Part shown: piece after piece, positions 1-12,399 of the stretch | How positions within the stretch are numbered: position 1 is the first letter of the stretch | Layout: every line of letters starts with the position of its first letter | From: Nitrosopumilus sp. | GTDB taxonomy: Archaea > Thermoproteota > Nitrososphaeria > Nitrososphaerales > Nitrosopumilaceae | Assembly (NCBI GenBank): GCA_965207075.1 | Contig: CBDBLO010000002.1 | Span: 2,112,001 to 2,176,000 of the forward strand | Length of the DNA stretch: 64,000 nt | Direction: 5' to 3' | Notes under the pieces: model-generated | What the model saw: the letters and a program-made list of their open reading frames with translations, nothing else | Databases searched by the model: none | Told to the model about the DNA's origin: nothing | Program-made: the position numbers and the translations under genes

Positions 1-21
1 GGGGGGCTGCTCGGGATTGCA

Positions 22-846
22 GTGCACCCCGACTTTGATGAGAACCACTACCTGTACGTGTACCTCACGTACGTACGGCAGGACGGCGCCGGGGCGCAGG
101 ACGGCGCCGCCACGCTGTGGAACAAGGTGGTGCGCATCACAGAGGCCGACAGCAGGCTGGCCGACGCGACGGACATAATCGACGGCATCCCCGGCTCAAA
201 GTTCACAAACGGCGGCTTTGTAAAGTTCGGCCCCGACGGCAAGCTGTACGTCGGGACGGGCACCGTATCTGGCGCGTCCCACCTGCCGCGCGACGCCGGC
301 TCGCTTGCCGGCAAGATACTGCGCATAAACGGCGACGGAACCATACCGGAGGACAACCCGTTTGGCCCGGACTCGGCCGTGTACTCGGTGGGGCACCGCA
401 ACCCGCAGGGGATCGCGTGGGACGGCGACGGGGTCATGTACGTCGCAGAGCACGGGCCCGAGAAGAACGACGAGATCAACATAATCACCCCCGGCGCCGA
501 CTACGGGTGGCCCGACCGCGAGTGCTCCGGTGACGAGGACGGCGCGGGCGCGGCCGTCCTGTGCTACGACCCGAGCATAGAGCCGGGCGGAATCGCGTTT
601 TACGACCACGACAGGCTGGGGCTGGACCAGCCGTTTGTGATGACGTCGCTGAGGGCGTCCAACCTGTACCAGATCGACTTTGAGGAGGGGCTGCCGTCCC
701 AGCAGACCATACTGAGCGGCGCGGGGCGCATAAGGGACGTCGCGGTGCACCCGGAGGACGGCAGCGTGTACGTAATAACGTCAAACACGGACGGCAAGGG
801 CTTTGCAGGCCCTGATGATGACAGGCTTATACATATCAAGAGGTGA
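22..846 (+). CDS. PQQ-dependent glucose/sorbosone dehydrogenase family protein (5' end lies outside the window)
   Basis: Motifs HPDF..N..LYVY, FGPDGKLYVGTG, GKILRIN.DG.IP.DNPF, GHRNPQG, EHG, DEIN, YGWP, GRIRDV; the frame is open to the window edge. Confidence 0.88.
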   Translation: MHPDFDENHYLYVYLTYVRQDGAGAQDGAATLWNKVVRITEADSRLADATDIIDGIPGSKFTNGGFVKFGPDGKLYVGTGTVSGASHLPRDAGSLAGKILRINGDGTIPEDNPFGPDSAVYSVGHRNPQGIAWDGDGVMYVAEHGPEKNDEINIITPGADYGWPDRECSGDEDGAGAAVLCYDPSIEPGGIAFYDHDRLGLDQPFVMTSLRASNLYQIDFEEGLPSQQTILSGAGRIRDVAVHPEDGSVYVITSNTDGKGFAGPDDDRLIHIKR

Positions 847-2222
847 CGGCTTGCATGGGAAGAGAGGGGGAGGGCGCCGGCTCGCCGCCGCCATCACTAT
901 CAACGTCGTCAGCAACAACGCCGTCGACACCATCATCATCCTCATCATCGGCCATACCAAGATTCTTTGAAAAGACGCGCGGCGAGCGGCTGGGCGCAAT
1001 ATCCGACGCCGCCGGCCTCGGCGCCGAGGACGCCGAGGCCCTAAGGGATGCGTCCGGCGGCCTCGCCTTCGAGCAGGCCGACAACATGGTGGAGAACGCC
1101 ATCGGCACGCTTGCCACGCCCCTGGGGGTCGCCACCAACTTCGTGGTAAACGGCAGGGACGTCCTGGTCCCGATGGCCATAGAGGAGCCCTCCGTGATCG
1201 CCGCCGCGTCAAAGGGGGCAAAGGCGGCCCGCGTGGGCGGCGGGTTTCGCGCAGTATCGTCGGAGGCATACAGCATAGGCCAGATACAGCTCTTGGACGT
1301 GGCCGACACGGACGCGGCCGTCCGCAGGATAGCCGAGAGGTCGGAGGACATAATCGCGCTCGCAAACACGAAGAGCTCGACACTCTCCAAGATGGGCCGC
1401 GGCGCAAAGGAGGTATCGTGCCGCGTCGCGGACGCGCCGTCGGGAAGAATGCTGATTGCCGAGCTGCTGATAGACGTGGGGGACGCGATGGGCGCCAACA
1501 TTACAAACAGCATGTGCGAGGCAGTGGCGCCACTCTTGGAGGACATATGCGGGGGCAAGGGCGCACGCGCCCTGCTGCGCATACTCTCAAACTACTCCAC
1601 GCGCCGCACGGTCAGGGCCCAGGCCACGTTCCCGCAGGATACAGTGGGGGGGCCCGGTGTGGTAAGCGACATGATATCGGCCTTTGAGTTTGCAGACTGC
1701 GACGTGTACCGCGCCGTCACGCACAACAAGGGCGTGATGAACGGCATCATAGCAGTCGCGAACGCGACGGGGCAGGACGGCAGGGCGATAGAGGCGGCCG
1801 CCCACGCGTACGCGTGCAGGACGGGCAGGTACCGCTCGCTCACGCAGTGGGGCAGGAACGACAGCGGCGACCTGGTCGGCACGATAGAGCTGCCCATGTC
1901 AGTCGGCGTGGTGGGCGGCGTGGTTACCGTACACCCCGTCGCAAGGGCGTGCATGCGCATACTGGGGGCAGGGTCGGCCGGCGAGCTTGCCTGCATAATG
2001 GCGTCTGCGGGGCTGGCCCAGAACTATGCGGCCATGCGGGCGCTTGCCACCGACGGCATACAAAAGGGGCACATGCGGCTGCATGCAAGGAACCTGGCAG
2101 TCGCCGCAGGGGCCGGTCCGGGCGAGGTGGACAGGGTGGTCCGCGAGATGGTGGCGGGGGGCGCTGTCTCGATGCAGGGGGCAAGGGACATACTAGGCTC
2201 GGGGCGGCGGGCCGCGGAGTGA
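843..2222 (+). CDS. hmgA: Class II HMG-CoA reductase with a low-complexity N-terminal extension
   Basis: ENAIG, PMAIEEPSVIAA, DAMGAN, THNKG, GIQKGHM motifs; start may be ATG 855. Confidence 0.93.
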   Translation: MTACMGREGEGAGSPPPSLSTSSATTPSTPSSSSSSAIPRFFEKTRGERLGAISDAAGLGAEDAEALRDASGGLAFEQADNMVENAIGTLATPLGVATNFVVNGRDVLVPMAIEEPSVIAAASKGAKAARVGGGFRAVSSEAYSIGQIQLLDVADTDAAVRRIAERSEDIIALANTKSSTLSKMGRGAKEVSCRVADAPSGRMLIAELLIDVGDAMGANITNSMCEAVAPLLEDICGGKGARALLRILSNYSTRRTVRAQATFPQDTVGGPGVVSDMISAFEFADCDVYRAVTHNKGVMNGIIAVANATGQDGRAIEAAAHAYACRTGRYRSLTQWGRNDSGDLVGTIELPMSVGVVGGVVTVHPVARACMRILGAGSAGELACIMASAGLAQNYAAMRALATDGIQKGHMRLHARNLAVAAGAGPGEVDRVVREMVAGGAVSMQGARDILGSGRRAAE

Positions 2223-2325
2223 CGGTGGCAGTGGCAGCGGCAGCGGCAGCGGCAGTTTCCACCGCACGGCGCGCGCAACTGCAGGAAAGCTACTAGATTA
2301 TAAGCGCCCGCATGAGATACCACGC

Positions 2326-3318
2326 ATGGCGCCAAGGAAGGCAGCGCAGGTGCGCTTTGCGATTCCAAAGGGCTCGCTTGAGGCGGCCACGTTCAAGCTG
2401 CTCGAGAGGGCCTGGACCAAGGTCAACCGCAAGGACCGCACGTACCGCGTCTATCTTGACGACCCCGGCATCATAGTCAAGATGCTCAGGCCCCAGGAGA
2501 TCCCAAACATGGTGGCGGAGGGGCTCTACGACGTGGGCATAACCGGCCGCGACTGGGTGGGGGAGACCGACTCGGACGTGGATCCCGTGCTTGACCTCGA
2601 GTACGGCCGCATCAGGCTCGTGGTGGCGTTTCCAGACAAGTACCGCTACGCGACGCTTGACGCCATGGTGGCAGACTATGCCAAAAAGAAGAGGACGCTG
2701 CGCATATCCTCCGAGTACCTCACTACGGCGTCCGAGTTCATCAGGAGGCTTCCCTCGTACAAAAAGCACTACGGCTCAAAGAAGCCGCTCGTGGTCACCC
2801 CGTGGGTCCGGCTCGGGTCCAACCACATGGTGCAGATACACCTGTCGTTCGGGGCGACGGAGGCAAAGCCGCCGGAGGAGATGGACTGCATAATAGACGT
2901 GACCGAGACCGGCACGACCCTGCGCCAGAACAAGCTAAAGATTGCCGACGAGATACTGACGTCGTCGGCGCACCTGATTGCAAACAGGGACTCGCTTGCC
3001 GACGCGGCAAAGCGGGAGAAGATATACGACATCATCACGCTTCTGCGGGGGGCGGTGCACGGCGTAAAGTACCTGCACCTGTACCTCAACGTCGAGGAGA
3101 AGAACCTGAAGAGGCTGCTCGGGGAGATGCCGTCGCTCAAGAAGCCGACTGTCAGCAGCCTGAGCGAGCCGGGGTGGTTTGGAATCAACACCATAATACC
3201 AAAAGAAGAGTTCCACAGGCTGATACCGGTCCTCAGAAGGACGGCGCAGGGGCTGGTGGTCCACGAGCCGCGCCAGATACTGGAGCTCGAAGAGATAAAG
3301 CGCGATGAGGAGAATTGA
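2326..3318 (+). CDS. hisG: ATP phosphoribosyltransferase, long form
   Basis: AIPKGSL, RPQEIP, DVGITGRD, GATE, DVTETGTTL, C-terminal regulatory domain (PTVS.L). Confidence 0.95.
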   Translation: MAPRKAAQVRFAIPKGSLEAATFKLLERAWTKVNRKDRTYRVYLDDPGIIVKMLRPQEIPNMVAEGLYDVGITGRDWVGETDSDVDPVLDLEYGRIRLVVAFPDKYRYATLDAMVADYAKKKRTLRISSEYLTTASEFIRRLPSYKKHYGSKKPLVVTPWVRLGSNHMVQIHLSFGATEAKPPEEMDCIIDVTETGTTLRQNKLKIADEILTSSAHLIANRDSLADAAKREKIYDIITLLRGAVHGVKYLHLYLNVEEKNLKRLLGEMPSLKKPTVSSLSEPGWFGINTIIPKEEFHRLIPVLRRTAQGLVVHEPRQILELEEIKRDEEN

Positions 3319-4736
3319 TCCGCGTCATCACACAACGAAGGGGGGCGGACCCGGCGGGGTTTGCGGCCCGGCTCGTGCGGGACGGGCAGGGGCGACGCGC
3401 GGGGCCCGACCTCGCGCGCGTGCGCTCCATAGTGCGAAGCGTACGAGAGGGGGGTGACGCGGCGCTCTACCGCCATGAGAGGAGGTTCGGCGGGCTCTCG
3501 GACGGCAGCGTGCCCCTCCGGCTCTCGGAGTCAGAGATCAGATCCGCATACGGGATGGTACCCAAGCCGCAGCACGCGGCGATAAGGGAGGCGGCCGCGC
3601 GGCTGGCCGCGCTGGAGAGGCGCACCATGAGAAAGCTCAAGGGGAAGGTCGAGACGGTCCACGGGCGGCCCCCGGCCAGCGCCACGGTGTCGCGCAGGTT
3701 TGCCCCCATCGACAGCGTGGGGTGCTACATACCAGGCGGACTTGCAAGGTACCCGTCCTCGGCGGTAATGTCCATAGTGCCCGCCGCCGTGGCAGGCGTG
3801 CCGAGGATAGTCGCGGTCTCGCCCGTGTCCTCCTTCCCGCCCCCTTCCGACTCCGACTCCACGCCCACGCACGGCGGGGCGCCCGCGGCCGGCCGCATGA
3901 TCGACCCGCTTACGGTGGTGGCCGCCGACATGTGCGGGGCCACTGAGATATACCGCGCGGGGGGCGCCCAGGCCGTGGCGGCCCTTGCGTACGGCACAGA
4001 GTCCATCCCCCGCGTGGAGAAGATAGTGGGCCCCGGCGGCGCGTACGTGACCGCCGCAAAGTCGCTGGTCTCAGCAGACGCGGGGATCGACATGCTGGCA
4101 GGGCCCACCGAGCTTGGCATACTGGCAGACGCGGACGCGCCGCCGCGGCTAGTCGCCCTGGACCTCGTGTCCCAGGCCGAGCACAGCGAGGATACGCAGT
4201 GCTACCTGATAACCGACTCCGCCGCACTGGCGCGCCGCGTCAACGGCATCCTGGATGACCTGGTGCCGGGCCTCGAGCGCGGCCCGCTGATATCAAAGAG
4301 CCTGTCGAGAAACGGGTTCATCGCGGTGGTGAGAAGCATGGAGGACGGGGCCGCAGTGGCCCACGCGCTGGCGCCGGAGCACCTGGAGATAATGATGTCC
4401 AAGGGCGCGGCCCGGGCCGAGTCCTCTGTCACGTCGCCGGGGCTGGTACTGGTCGGGCGCAACTCGCCGTCCGCTGCAAGCGACTACCTGCTTGGCTCAA
4501 ACCACGTCCTGCCGACCAACCGGACCGGGGCAGTACGCGGCTCCCTCTCGGTGCTTGACTACCTCAAGGTGCACACCACAGTCAGGTCCACGAGGGGCGC
4601 GCTACGCGGGATTGACGGCATGATGAGGGAGCTTACGCACGCAGAGGGGCTGGTCAACCACTACGAGGCCGTGCGCGGCAGGCTAAAGCCCAAGGGTGCG
4701 GGGGCAGGGCGCCGGCGCCGGCGTCGGCGCGCATGA
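3315..4736 (+). CDS. hisD: Histidinol dehydrogenase
   Basis: GCYIPGG, GGAQAVAALAYG, IDMLAGPTE, SQAEH, APEHL, GSNHVLPT. Confidence 0.96.
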   Translation: MIRVITQRRGADPAGFAARLVRDGQGRRAGPDLARVRSIVRSVREGGDAALYRHERRFGGLSDGSVPLRLSESEIRSAYGMVPKPQHAAIREAAARLAALERRTMRKLKGKVETVHGRPPASATVSRRFAPIDSVGCYIPGGLARYPSSAVMSIVPAAVAGVPRIVAVSPVSSFPPPSDSDSTPTHGGAPAAGRMIDPLTVVAADMCGATEIYRAGGAQAVAALAYGTESIPRVEKIVGPGGAYVTAAKSLVSADAGIDMLAGPTELGILADADAPPRLVALDLVSQAEHSEDTQCYLITDSAALARRVNGILDDLVPGLERGPLISKSLSRNGFIAVVRSMEDGAAVAHALAPEHLEIMMSKGAARAESSVTSPGLVLVGRNSPSAASDYLLGSNHVLPTNRTGAVRGSLSVLDYLKVHTTVRSTRGALRGIDGMMRELTHAEGLVNHYEAVRGRLKPKGAGAGRRRRRRRA

Positions 4737-4814
4737 CGGCGGCATTGCGGCGGCGGCGGCAGCAAGCAGCGGCAATGCAGAAACATCATAATAGAGCGAA
4801 AAAACGGGACGTTT

Positions 4815-6033
<1,219 letters not shown>

Positions 6034-6059
<26 letters not shown>

Positions 6060-7110
6060 TTCGTTGGCGGGGGACGGCGACGGCGGCAACAGCGGCAACG
6101 GTAGCACGACCACCAAGGCAGCGCCGGCCGACTATGACGCCATACGGGACGTGACCCGGGACGCCGACTGCATCGTGTTTGACTGCGACGGGGTGCTGGT
6201 GGACGTGTCGGGCTCCTACCACCGCGCCATACAGCAGACTGTAGAATACATGACCGGCAGGATAGCCTCGGAGCTTGCCATCCCCGACATGCCCGCGCAC
6301 CACGCGGTGTCAAGGCACACGGTGGAGAGGTTCAAGAACACGGGGCTCTTCAACGACGAGACCGACGTGTCGTGCGCCATAACACTGGCGGCCGTAATGC
6401 CGCACCTGGCAGGAGGCTGCACGTACGGGTCGGCAATCGACATGGCAGTAAAAAGCTCCAGTTCCGACGGGATCGCCTCAGTCATAAGGCACATGCGGGA
6501 CTATGCGGGAATGTCCCGCGCCGCGGAGCTCCTGGACCACCCGTCGCCGGACAGAGGGGGGCTGCTGTGCCGCGTCTTTGACGAGAAGTTCTACGGCTCG
6601 GACATATACAAGGGGCGCGGTGGCAGGCCGCTGCTCGGAAACGAGGCAGGGCACATCAGGTGCGACGATGTCATCGTGACGGACGCGGTCATGGAGGCGC
6701 TGTCAGGCAGGTTCGGCAAGAGCATATCGATGGTGACGGGCCGCGGGCTGCAGGCGGCCAGGTACACGCTTGAGCCCGTCATGGGGTGGTTCGACCTGGG
6801 GAACTCTGCCTTTCTTGAGGACGAGCCGCGGGAGCACGCAAAGCCCAACCCCGAGAGGCTCGACGACTGCATAAGGGGCATGGGTTGCAGAAGGGCCATA
6901 TACGTGGGGGACTCCGCCGAGGACGCTGCGATGGCAAGGGACGCCGAGTCCGACGTCGTATTCTGCGGCATCACGGGGACGGGCGTCAATCCCGACGAGC
7001 GGCGCAGGATCCTGGAGCGCGCGGCCGGGGCGGGCATCCCGTACTTTACGCTTGGCTCCGTACTGGAGATTCCAAAGGCATTAAATCTAGAGGGGCAGAT
7101 ACATGTGTGA
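6034..7110 (+). CDS. HAD-superfamily hydrolase, candidate histidinol-phosphatase
   Basis: FDCDGVLVD motif [17 protein letters not shown]; lies between hisC and hisB; true start uncertain. Confidence 0.8.
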
Positions 7111-7781
7111 TGCCCTCCGCTCAAGGCGCCGATAACAATGATGATAATGATGACGGCGGCGCAGCAACAATAGCAACGGCAAGAAGAAGAAGCGCCACCG
7201 AGGAGCGCGCCACGGGGGAGACCCGCGTATCCGCCTCGGTCAGCCTGGACGGGGACGGCGCCGCTTCGGTCAGCACCGGGCTCAGCTTTCTTGACCACCT
7301 GCTTGTATCCCTTGCAAAGCACTCCATGATCGACATGACAGTAAAAGCCGAGTCGCTTGACGGCATAAAGCACCACCTTATAGAGGACACGGCCATAACT
7401 GTCGGCGCGGCAATAGACAAGGCCCTGGGGGACAGGGCCGGCATAGCGCGCTTCGGTCACGCGTCGGTCCCGCTTGACGAGTCGCTTGCCGAGTCCACCA
7501 TAGACCTGGTGCGCCGCCCGTACGTGAGGGTGTCGCTCGCGCTAAAGCCGTCGGGCCAAAACCCCGCAATCGAGGACATGCCACAGGAGGACGTAGAACA
7601 CTTTTTCCAGTCGCTGCTAGACAACATAGCGGCCTGCATACACCTGGACGTCAGATACGGCCAAAACGACCACCACAAGGCCGAGGCCGCCGTCAAGTCG
7701 CTGGCCGTCTCGCTCAGGGCCGCGCTGGCAATAGATACAAAACGGGCCGGAGGGGCGCCAAGCACGAAGGGTTCCATGTAG
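7110..7781 (+). CDS. hisB: Imidazoleglycerol-phosphate dehydratase
   Basis: [35 protein letters not shown]; ATG 7110 overlaps the upstream TGA. Confidence 0.95.
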   Translation: MPSAQGADNNDDNDDGGAATIATARRRSATEERATGETRVSASVSLDGDGAASVSTGLSFLDHLLVSLAKHSMIDMTVKAESLDGIKHHLIEDTAITVGAAIDKALGDRAGIARFGHASVPLDESLAESTIDLVRRPYVRVSLALKPSGQNPAIEDMPQEDVEHFFQSLLDNIAACIHLDVRYGQNDHHKAEAAVKSLAVSLRAALAIDTKRAGGAPSTKGSM

Positions 7782-8492
7782 ATGACGCGCGTCGCCATAT
7801 TCGACTACGGGGCAGGCAACATATTCAGCCTGAAAAACTCGCTTGAGCGCGAGGGCGCAACGGCAGACGTCATACGCGACTTTGCAGCGCGGCCCGGGGG
7901 GGACGGTGACCGTCGTCGCGGCGACGGCGGCGGCGACGGCGGCAGCAACGCCGCGGCGGACACCGCCAGGCACTACGACGGGCTGCTGCTTCCCGGCGTC
8001 GGAAACTTTGACCCCGCAATGAAGGCGGTCACACGCGACCCGGACAGCAGGTTCTCAGACTACGTGGGGCACGGCATGCCCGTCCTTGGGATATGCCTCG
8101 GGATGGAGATGTTCTTTGCACGGAGCCAGGAGGGATCCGAGCCCGGGCTTGGCGTCATGTCCGGCGATGTGGCCTCCCTGCCGGACACGATGAAGGTGCC
8201 GCACATGGGGTGGAACAGCCTCCAGATAAGGAGGAGGGGCCGCCTGCTGGAGGGCGTGGAGGACGGCGCGTGGGTGTACTTTGTGCACTCGTACATGGCC
8301 AGGCTGCCGGCAACGCCCCCTCCGGGAGGGACTGCCGGCGACGTGGTGACTGCCGAGTCCTCGTACAACGACATCGTAATACCGGCCGCCGTCGAGTACA
8401 GGAACTATCTCGGGACGCAGTTCCACCCCGAAAAGTCGGGCCCCGTCGGAAGGCAGATGATCCGGAACTTTCTGGGGGTGTGCCGCAGGTAA
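7782..8492 (+). CDS. hisH: Imidazole glycerol phosphate synthase, glutaminase subunit
   Basis: DYGAGN, LPGVGNF, GICLGM, VPHMGWN, YFVHSY, QFHPEKS. Confidence 0.96.
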   Translation: MTRVAIFDYGAGNIFSLKNSLEREGATADVIRDFAARPGGDGDRRRGDGGGDGGSNAAADTARHYDGLLLPGVGNFDPAMKAVTRDPDSRFSDYVGHGMPVLGICLGMEMFFARSQEGSEPGLGVMSGDVASLPDTMKVPHMGWNSLQIRRRGRLLEGVEDGAWVYFVHSYMARLPATPPPGGTAGDVVTAESSYNDIVIPAAVEYRNYLGTQFHPEKSGPVGRQMIRNFLGVCRR

Positions 8493-9310
8493 TGGCCGAC
8501 AGCCCAGGGGCGGCAGGGGGGCGGCGGCGCGCCATAAAGGTGATCCCGGCAGTCGACATCATGGACGGCAAGGTAGTCAGGCTCTACAGGGGCGACCCCA
8601 ACAGGAAGACCGTATACGGCGACAGCCCGGCCGAGGCTGCGCGCCGGTGGGAGTCGGAGGGCGCCGACATGCTGCACGTGGTGGACCTGGACGCCACGCT
8701 GGGCTCCGGGAGCAACGCGGACGCAGTCCGCGGCGTCGTGGACGCGGTCTCCATACCAGTGCAGGTGGCGGGAGGGCTGCGCACTGTGCGGGCCGCGGTG
8801 GACGCGGCCGGGGCCGGCGCCGACCGGATAGTGGTCGGGACGCTTGCGTTCTCCGACAGGGAGTCGCTTGCCGCGCTGGTGCGGGAGCTGGGCCCGCAGC
8901 GCGTGGTGGTCTCCGCGGATCACCTGGACGGCCGCATCGTAACGCGCGGGTGGCAGAGCAACACCGGGCTTGACATGATCGAGTCCGTCGCGTCGCTGCA
9001 TCGCGAGGTAGGGGTCACCCAGTACCTGCTGACAAGCGTCGGCCGGGACGGCACACTGCAGGGCCCCGACACGTCGTACATGGGCAGGGCCTGCCAGATA
9101 TCCGGCGGCATCGACGTCATTGCAAGCGGCGGCATATCGCACGAGCGCGACGTCGCGGCCGTGGGGGACGCGGGGGCGTGGGGCGTCATACTGGGGCGCG
9201 CGCTGTACGACGGAAAGATAACCATACCGGCCGCCAAGAGGATGGCGCGGGGCGGCCCCGCAACGGACGGAAATGGGGAGGAAGAGGAGGGCGACCCGCA
9301 ACGGCCCTGA
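8492..9310 (+). CDS. hisA: ProFAR isomerase
   Basis: [45 protein letters not shown]; ATG 8492 overlaps hisH TAA. Confidence 0.95.
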   Translation: MADSPGAAGGRRRAIKVIPAVDIMDGKVVRLYRGDPNRKTVYGDSPAEAARRWESEGADMLHVVDLDATLGSGSNADAVRGVVDAVSIPVQVAGGLRTVRAAVDAAGAGADRIVVGTLAFSDRESLAALVRELGPQRVVVSADHLDGRIVTRGWQSNTGLDMIESVASLHREVGVTQYLLTSVGRDGTLQGPDTSYMGRACQISGGIDVIASGGISHERDVAAVGDAGAWGVILGRALYDGKITIPAAKRMARGGPATDGNGEEEEGDPQRP

Positions 9311-10182
9311 CAAAGCGCATAATCCCGTGCCTTGACGTCAAGGATGGCAGGGTGGTAAAGGGGACCAGGTTCGTGGAGATCAGGGACGCGGGCGACCCGG
9401 TCGCGCTGGCCAAGCGGTACAGCGACGAGGGGGCCGACGAGCTCGTGTTCCTGGACATTACCGCGTCAGACGAGAGGCGCAAGACCATCCGGGAGCTGGT
9501 GCGCGGGGTGGCGTCCGTAATAGACATCCCGTTTACCGTCGGCGGCGGCGTCTCGACGATGGAGGATGCCCGCAACATACTGCTGAGCGGCGCAGACAAG
9601 GTCGGGATCAACACGGGCGCCATAAACAACCCGCCGATCATAACCGAGATGATGGGCCTGTTTGGGCGGCAGTGCGTCGTGGTCGCAATAGACGCGAAGA
9701 GAAACTACGGGGAGCCCGCGGACCGCGGGCGCAGCGGCGAGGGCTCCGCTGACGGCGGGGGCGGGGGCTCCGCTGACGGCGTGGGCGGGAGCGGCCCGCC
9801 GGTCATGCTGGAGGATGACAGCGGCCGCCGGTTCTGGTTTGAGGTGCACACGTACGGGGGCAAGAAGGGCACCGGCGTGGACGCCATACGGTGGGCAAGA
9901 AGGGCCCAGGGGCTCGGCGCAGGCGAGATACTGCTGACCAGCATGGACAGGGACGGCACAAAGGACGGCTACGACCACGAGCTCACCAGGCGCGTGGTGG
10001 ACGCGGTCTCCATTCCCGTGATAGCGTCCGGCGGCTGCGGGCATCCCGGCGACATGGCCGACGTCTTTGGGGCGACCGGCGTGGACGCGGCGCTGGCAGC
10101 CTCCATATTCCACTACCAAGAGTACGGCGTGTCCGGCGTAAAGCGGATCCTCAGGGACAAAGGCATTCCTGTAAGGTTATAA
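9307..10182 (+). CDS. hisF: Imidazole glycerol phosphate synthase, cyclase subunit (start codon uncertain)
   Basis: [44 protein letters not shown]; no ATG/GTG/TTG near the conserved N-terminus. Confidence 0.94.
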   Translation: MTKRIIPCLDVKDGRVVKGTRFVEIRDAGDPVALAKRYSDEGADELVFLDITASDERRKTIRELVRGVASVIDIPFTVGGGVSTMEDARNILLSGADKVGINTGAINNPPIITEMMGLFGRQCVVVAIDAKRNYGEPADRGRSGEGSADGGGGGSADGVGGSGPPVMLEDDSGRRFWFEVHTYGGKKGTGVDAIRWARRAQGLGAGEILLTSMDRDGTKDGYDHELTRRVVDAVSIPVIASGGCGHPGDMADVFGATGVDAALAASIFHYQEYGVSGVKRILRDKGIPVRL

Positions 10183-10205
10183 GATGCGCACGCTGCGTGG
10201 GCGCA

Positions 10206-10541
10206 GTGGCCCAGATCGACATTGACGCAATCGACTTTGAGAAGGGCGGCGGGCTCGTCCCCGTTATAGTACAGGACGCGGACACGCGGGAGGTGCTGAC
10301 CCTTGCATACGCAAACCGCGAGTCGCTCGGGCTCGCGGCCAGCACGGGCAGGTCGTGGTTCTACAGCCGCTCAAGGGACAAGCTCTGGATGAAGGGCGAG
10401 GAGTCGGGAAACGTCCAGGACGTCAGCGAGATACTGGTGGACTGCGACTCTGACGCGATCATATACCTGGTCAAGCCGGCGGGGCCCGCGTGCCACAAGG
10501 GGGAGCGCGCGTGCTTTCACAACAGGCTTGCAAGACAGTAA
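10206..10541 (+). CDS. hisI: Phosphoribosyl-AMP cyclohydrolase
   Basis: SRSR..LWMKGEESG, DCDSD, ACHKGERACF; GTG start at 10206. Confidence 0.94.
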   Translation: MAQIDIDAIDFEKGGGLVPVIVQDADTREVLTLAYANRESLGLAASTGRSWFYSRSRDKLWMKGEESGNVQDVSEILVDCDSDAIIYLVKPAGPACHKGERACFHNRLARQ

Positions 10542-10594
10542 CGGCCTAGGGCACATGGGCGCACCACACCTGCCGAGTCGGAGAGCCGCACGGG

Positions 10595-11143
10595 CTATTG
10601 CCCCGGGTCGCCGGCCGGCGGACCCTGCAAGTCCACGACGTCCGTCTCGGCGCCGGGGGCGAACTCGTCGACCACCTCGAAGAATATCTCGTCGTTGTTT
10701 ATCCCCTCAAACCATATCATCCACTGCCCCACCAGCTGGTCCTCCTCGTAGAGGCCCTTGATTGCAGACGTGTCCGGCCTGAAGTAGAACTTTGCCACCT
10801 CGCGCTCGGACCCGTCGTACGCCCTCTCCAAAAAGATCTTGCCCTCCGGGCTTGCCACCCTGACTATCACCTGCTGGCCCGGGGTCAGCGTCCCTGCAAA
10901 GAACACGTCCTCGCCGAGCCTGTACGCCTCCTTGTTGATTCCAAAGGCGCCTGCCGTGTTCCAGACCTCCTCTGGCTCGTCCGGCTGCTCCGAGCCGCCC
11001 CTCACATAGTCCGACAGCGGGTTGTCCAGTATGAACCGCTCAGTGTCGGCTCTGTGCTCATCGTAGTCCGACAGGCTGGACGCCAAGAACATACCGCCAA
11101 CTATACCAACCGCCGCGAGTCCTATTATGATCTTGCCTATCAT
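10595..11143 (-). CDS. Hypothetical protein with N-terminal membrane anchor and acidic extracellular domain
   Basis: 182-aa ORF, hydrophobic N-terminus, host-like codon use. Confidence 0.7.
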   Translation of the reverse strand: MIGKIIIGLAAVGIVGGMFLASSLSDYDEHRADTERFILDNPLSDYVRGGSEQPDEPEEVWNTAGAFGINKEAYRLGEDVFFAGTLTPGQQVIVRVASPEGKIFLERAYDGSEREVAKFYFRPDTSAIKGLYEEDQLVGQWMIWFEGINNDEIFFEVVDEFAPGAETDVVDLQGPPAGDPGQ

Positions 11144-11567
11144 TTACAGTGGTACGGCAACGCCATCTTATAATTATTGAGCATGGGCTCTCCCAAAAGC
11201 CCGCCCTCCCGCCGCGCCATAACTCACGGGACAAACAGCTCGACGCCGGCACGCGGCCGACGGCTCAACGCGGCCGACCCAAACACAGGAACAGCCAAGC
11301 GGCAAGTGGCGCCGTCAGCGATTTCCCTCCCTCCTCCCCCTACCCCCCCCCCAGACTCACAAGCGCGGGCCGCGGTGACATCTGGGGCATCGCGGCGCCG
11401 TCCGGCGCGCACCGCATGTTTCGGGCCATCCCCGGACGGCGCACACGCGCAGCCGGCAGCAAACCCATGACGGAGCCGCACGGCGTCCGAACCGCCCTGC
11501 GCCGCAGTTATTCGACGTTTGTACCAAAATCCAACCGCTAAACCCTTAAATAGAAATCTGAAACCAC

Positions 11568-11855
11568 GTGAGTCAATTACTGATGAGGGGCATGCTTGGA
11601 ATATCCTTGGTACTGATAGCAGTAGCGGCGGCAGTGGCGATCATACCGGCCGCCGGCGTCGCGCTTGCGGCCGGCGACGAGCCCGGCGAGTACATCGACC
11701 GCCGCGTGCTCATCTGGAACCTGTTCTTTAGGATGATGACAGTCGCGTTCACGGTCGGGGCAGTCGTATCCGGCACGATAATCTGGCAGGTGTGGCGCTT
11801 CCGTGAGTCGCACCCCAAGGCAAAGCCTACTCCGTACGAGGGGACTGACTGGTAG
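11568..11855 (+). CDS. Small membrane protein, probably the separated N-terminal TM part of oxidase subunit II
   Basis: TM helices ending in WRFRESHP; directly abuts coxB; TTAAATA TATA box at ~11546. Confidence 0.7.
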   Translation: MSQLLMRGMLGISLVLIAVAAAVAIIPAAGVALAAGDEPGEYIDRRVLIWNLFFRMMTVAFTVGAVVSGTIIWQVWRFRESHPKAKPTPYEGTDW

Positions 11856-12290
11856 ATGGCCGGACATCACTCAAACTGGCCCGAGTGGATATACATCGGG
11901 ATCGTGGTGGCGCTCATGACATGGGTCGGGGCCGAGGCCTGGGAGGTCGAGCGCCTCATCGAGCACGTCCCGGCCGACGCGGAGATCATAAAGGTGACGG
12001 GGCAGCAGTGGTTCTGGACCTTTGAGCACGAGGACGGCACAAAGGAGATAGGCGAGCTGCACCTGGAGGCGGGCAAGGCCTACAAGTTCGAGGTGGTGGC
12101 CACTGACGTCATACACTCGTTTAACATACACGACTACGTGGTGCTGATAGACGCGGTCCCGGGCAGGGTGAACACGGTGTGGTTTGCGCCCGACGAGCCG
12201 GGCGTGCACGACATACAGTGCCGCGAGTACTGCGGGCTGATACACTACAACATGCGCGGCACGCTGTACGTGGAGGAGCCGTCGTCATGA
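11856..12290 (+). CDS. coxB: Heme-copper oxidase subunit II (CuA domain)
   Basis: GQQWFW, DVIHSF, CREYCGLIHYNM CuA motif. Confidence 0.93.
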   Translation: MAGHHSNWPEWIYIGIVVALMTWVGAEAWEVERLIEHVPADAEIIKVTGQQWFWTFEHEDGTKEIGELHLEAGKAYKFEVVATDVIHSFNIHDYVVLIDAVPGRVNTVWFAPDEPGVHDIQCREYCGLIHYNMRGTLYVEEPSS

Positions 12291-12399
12291 CGCGGAGAGG
12301 ATGTGGGATGGGGACGAGCATTGACATTATGATCAACATACGGGCCGGGCGTCCGGCCGATGCCACCGATTATAATGTGGCGGGAGGTGCACACGCATC

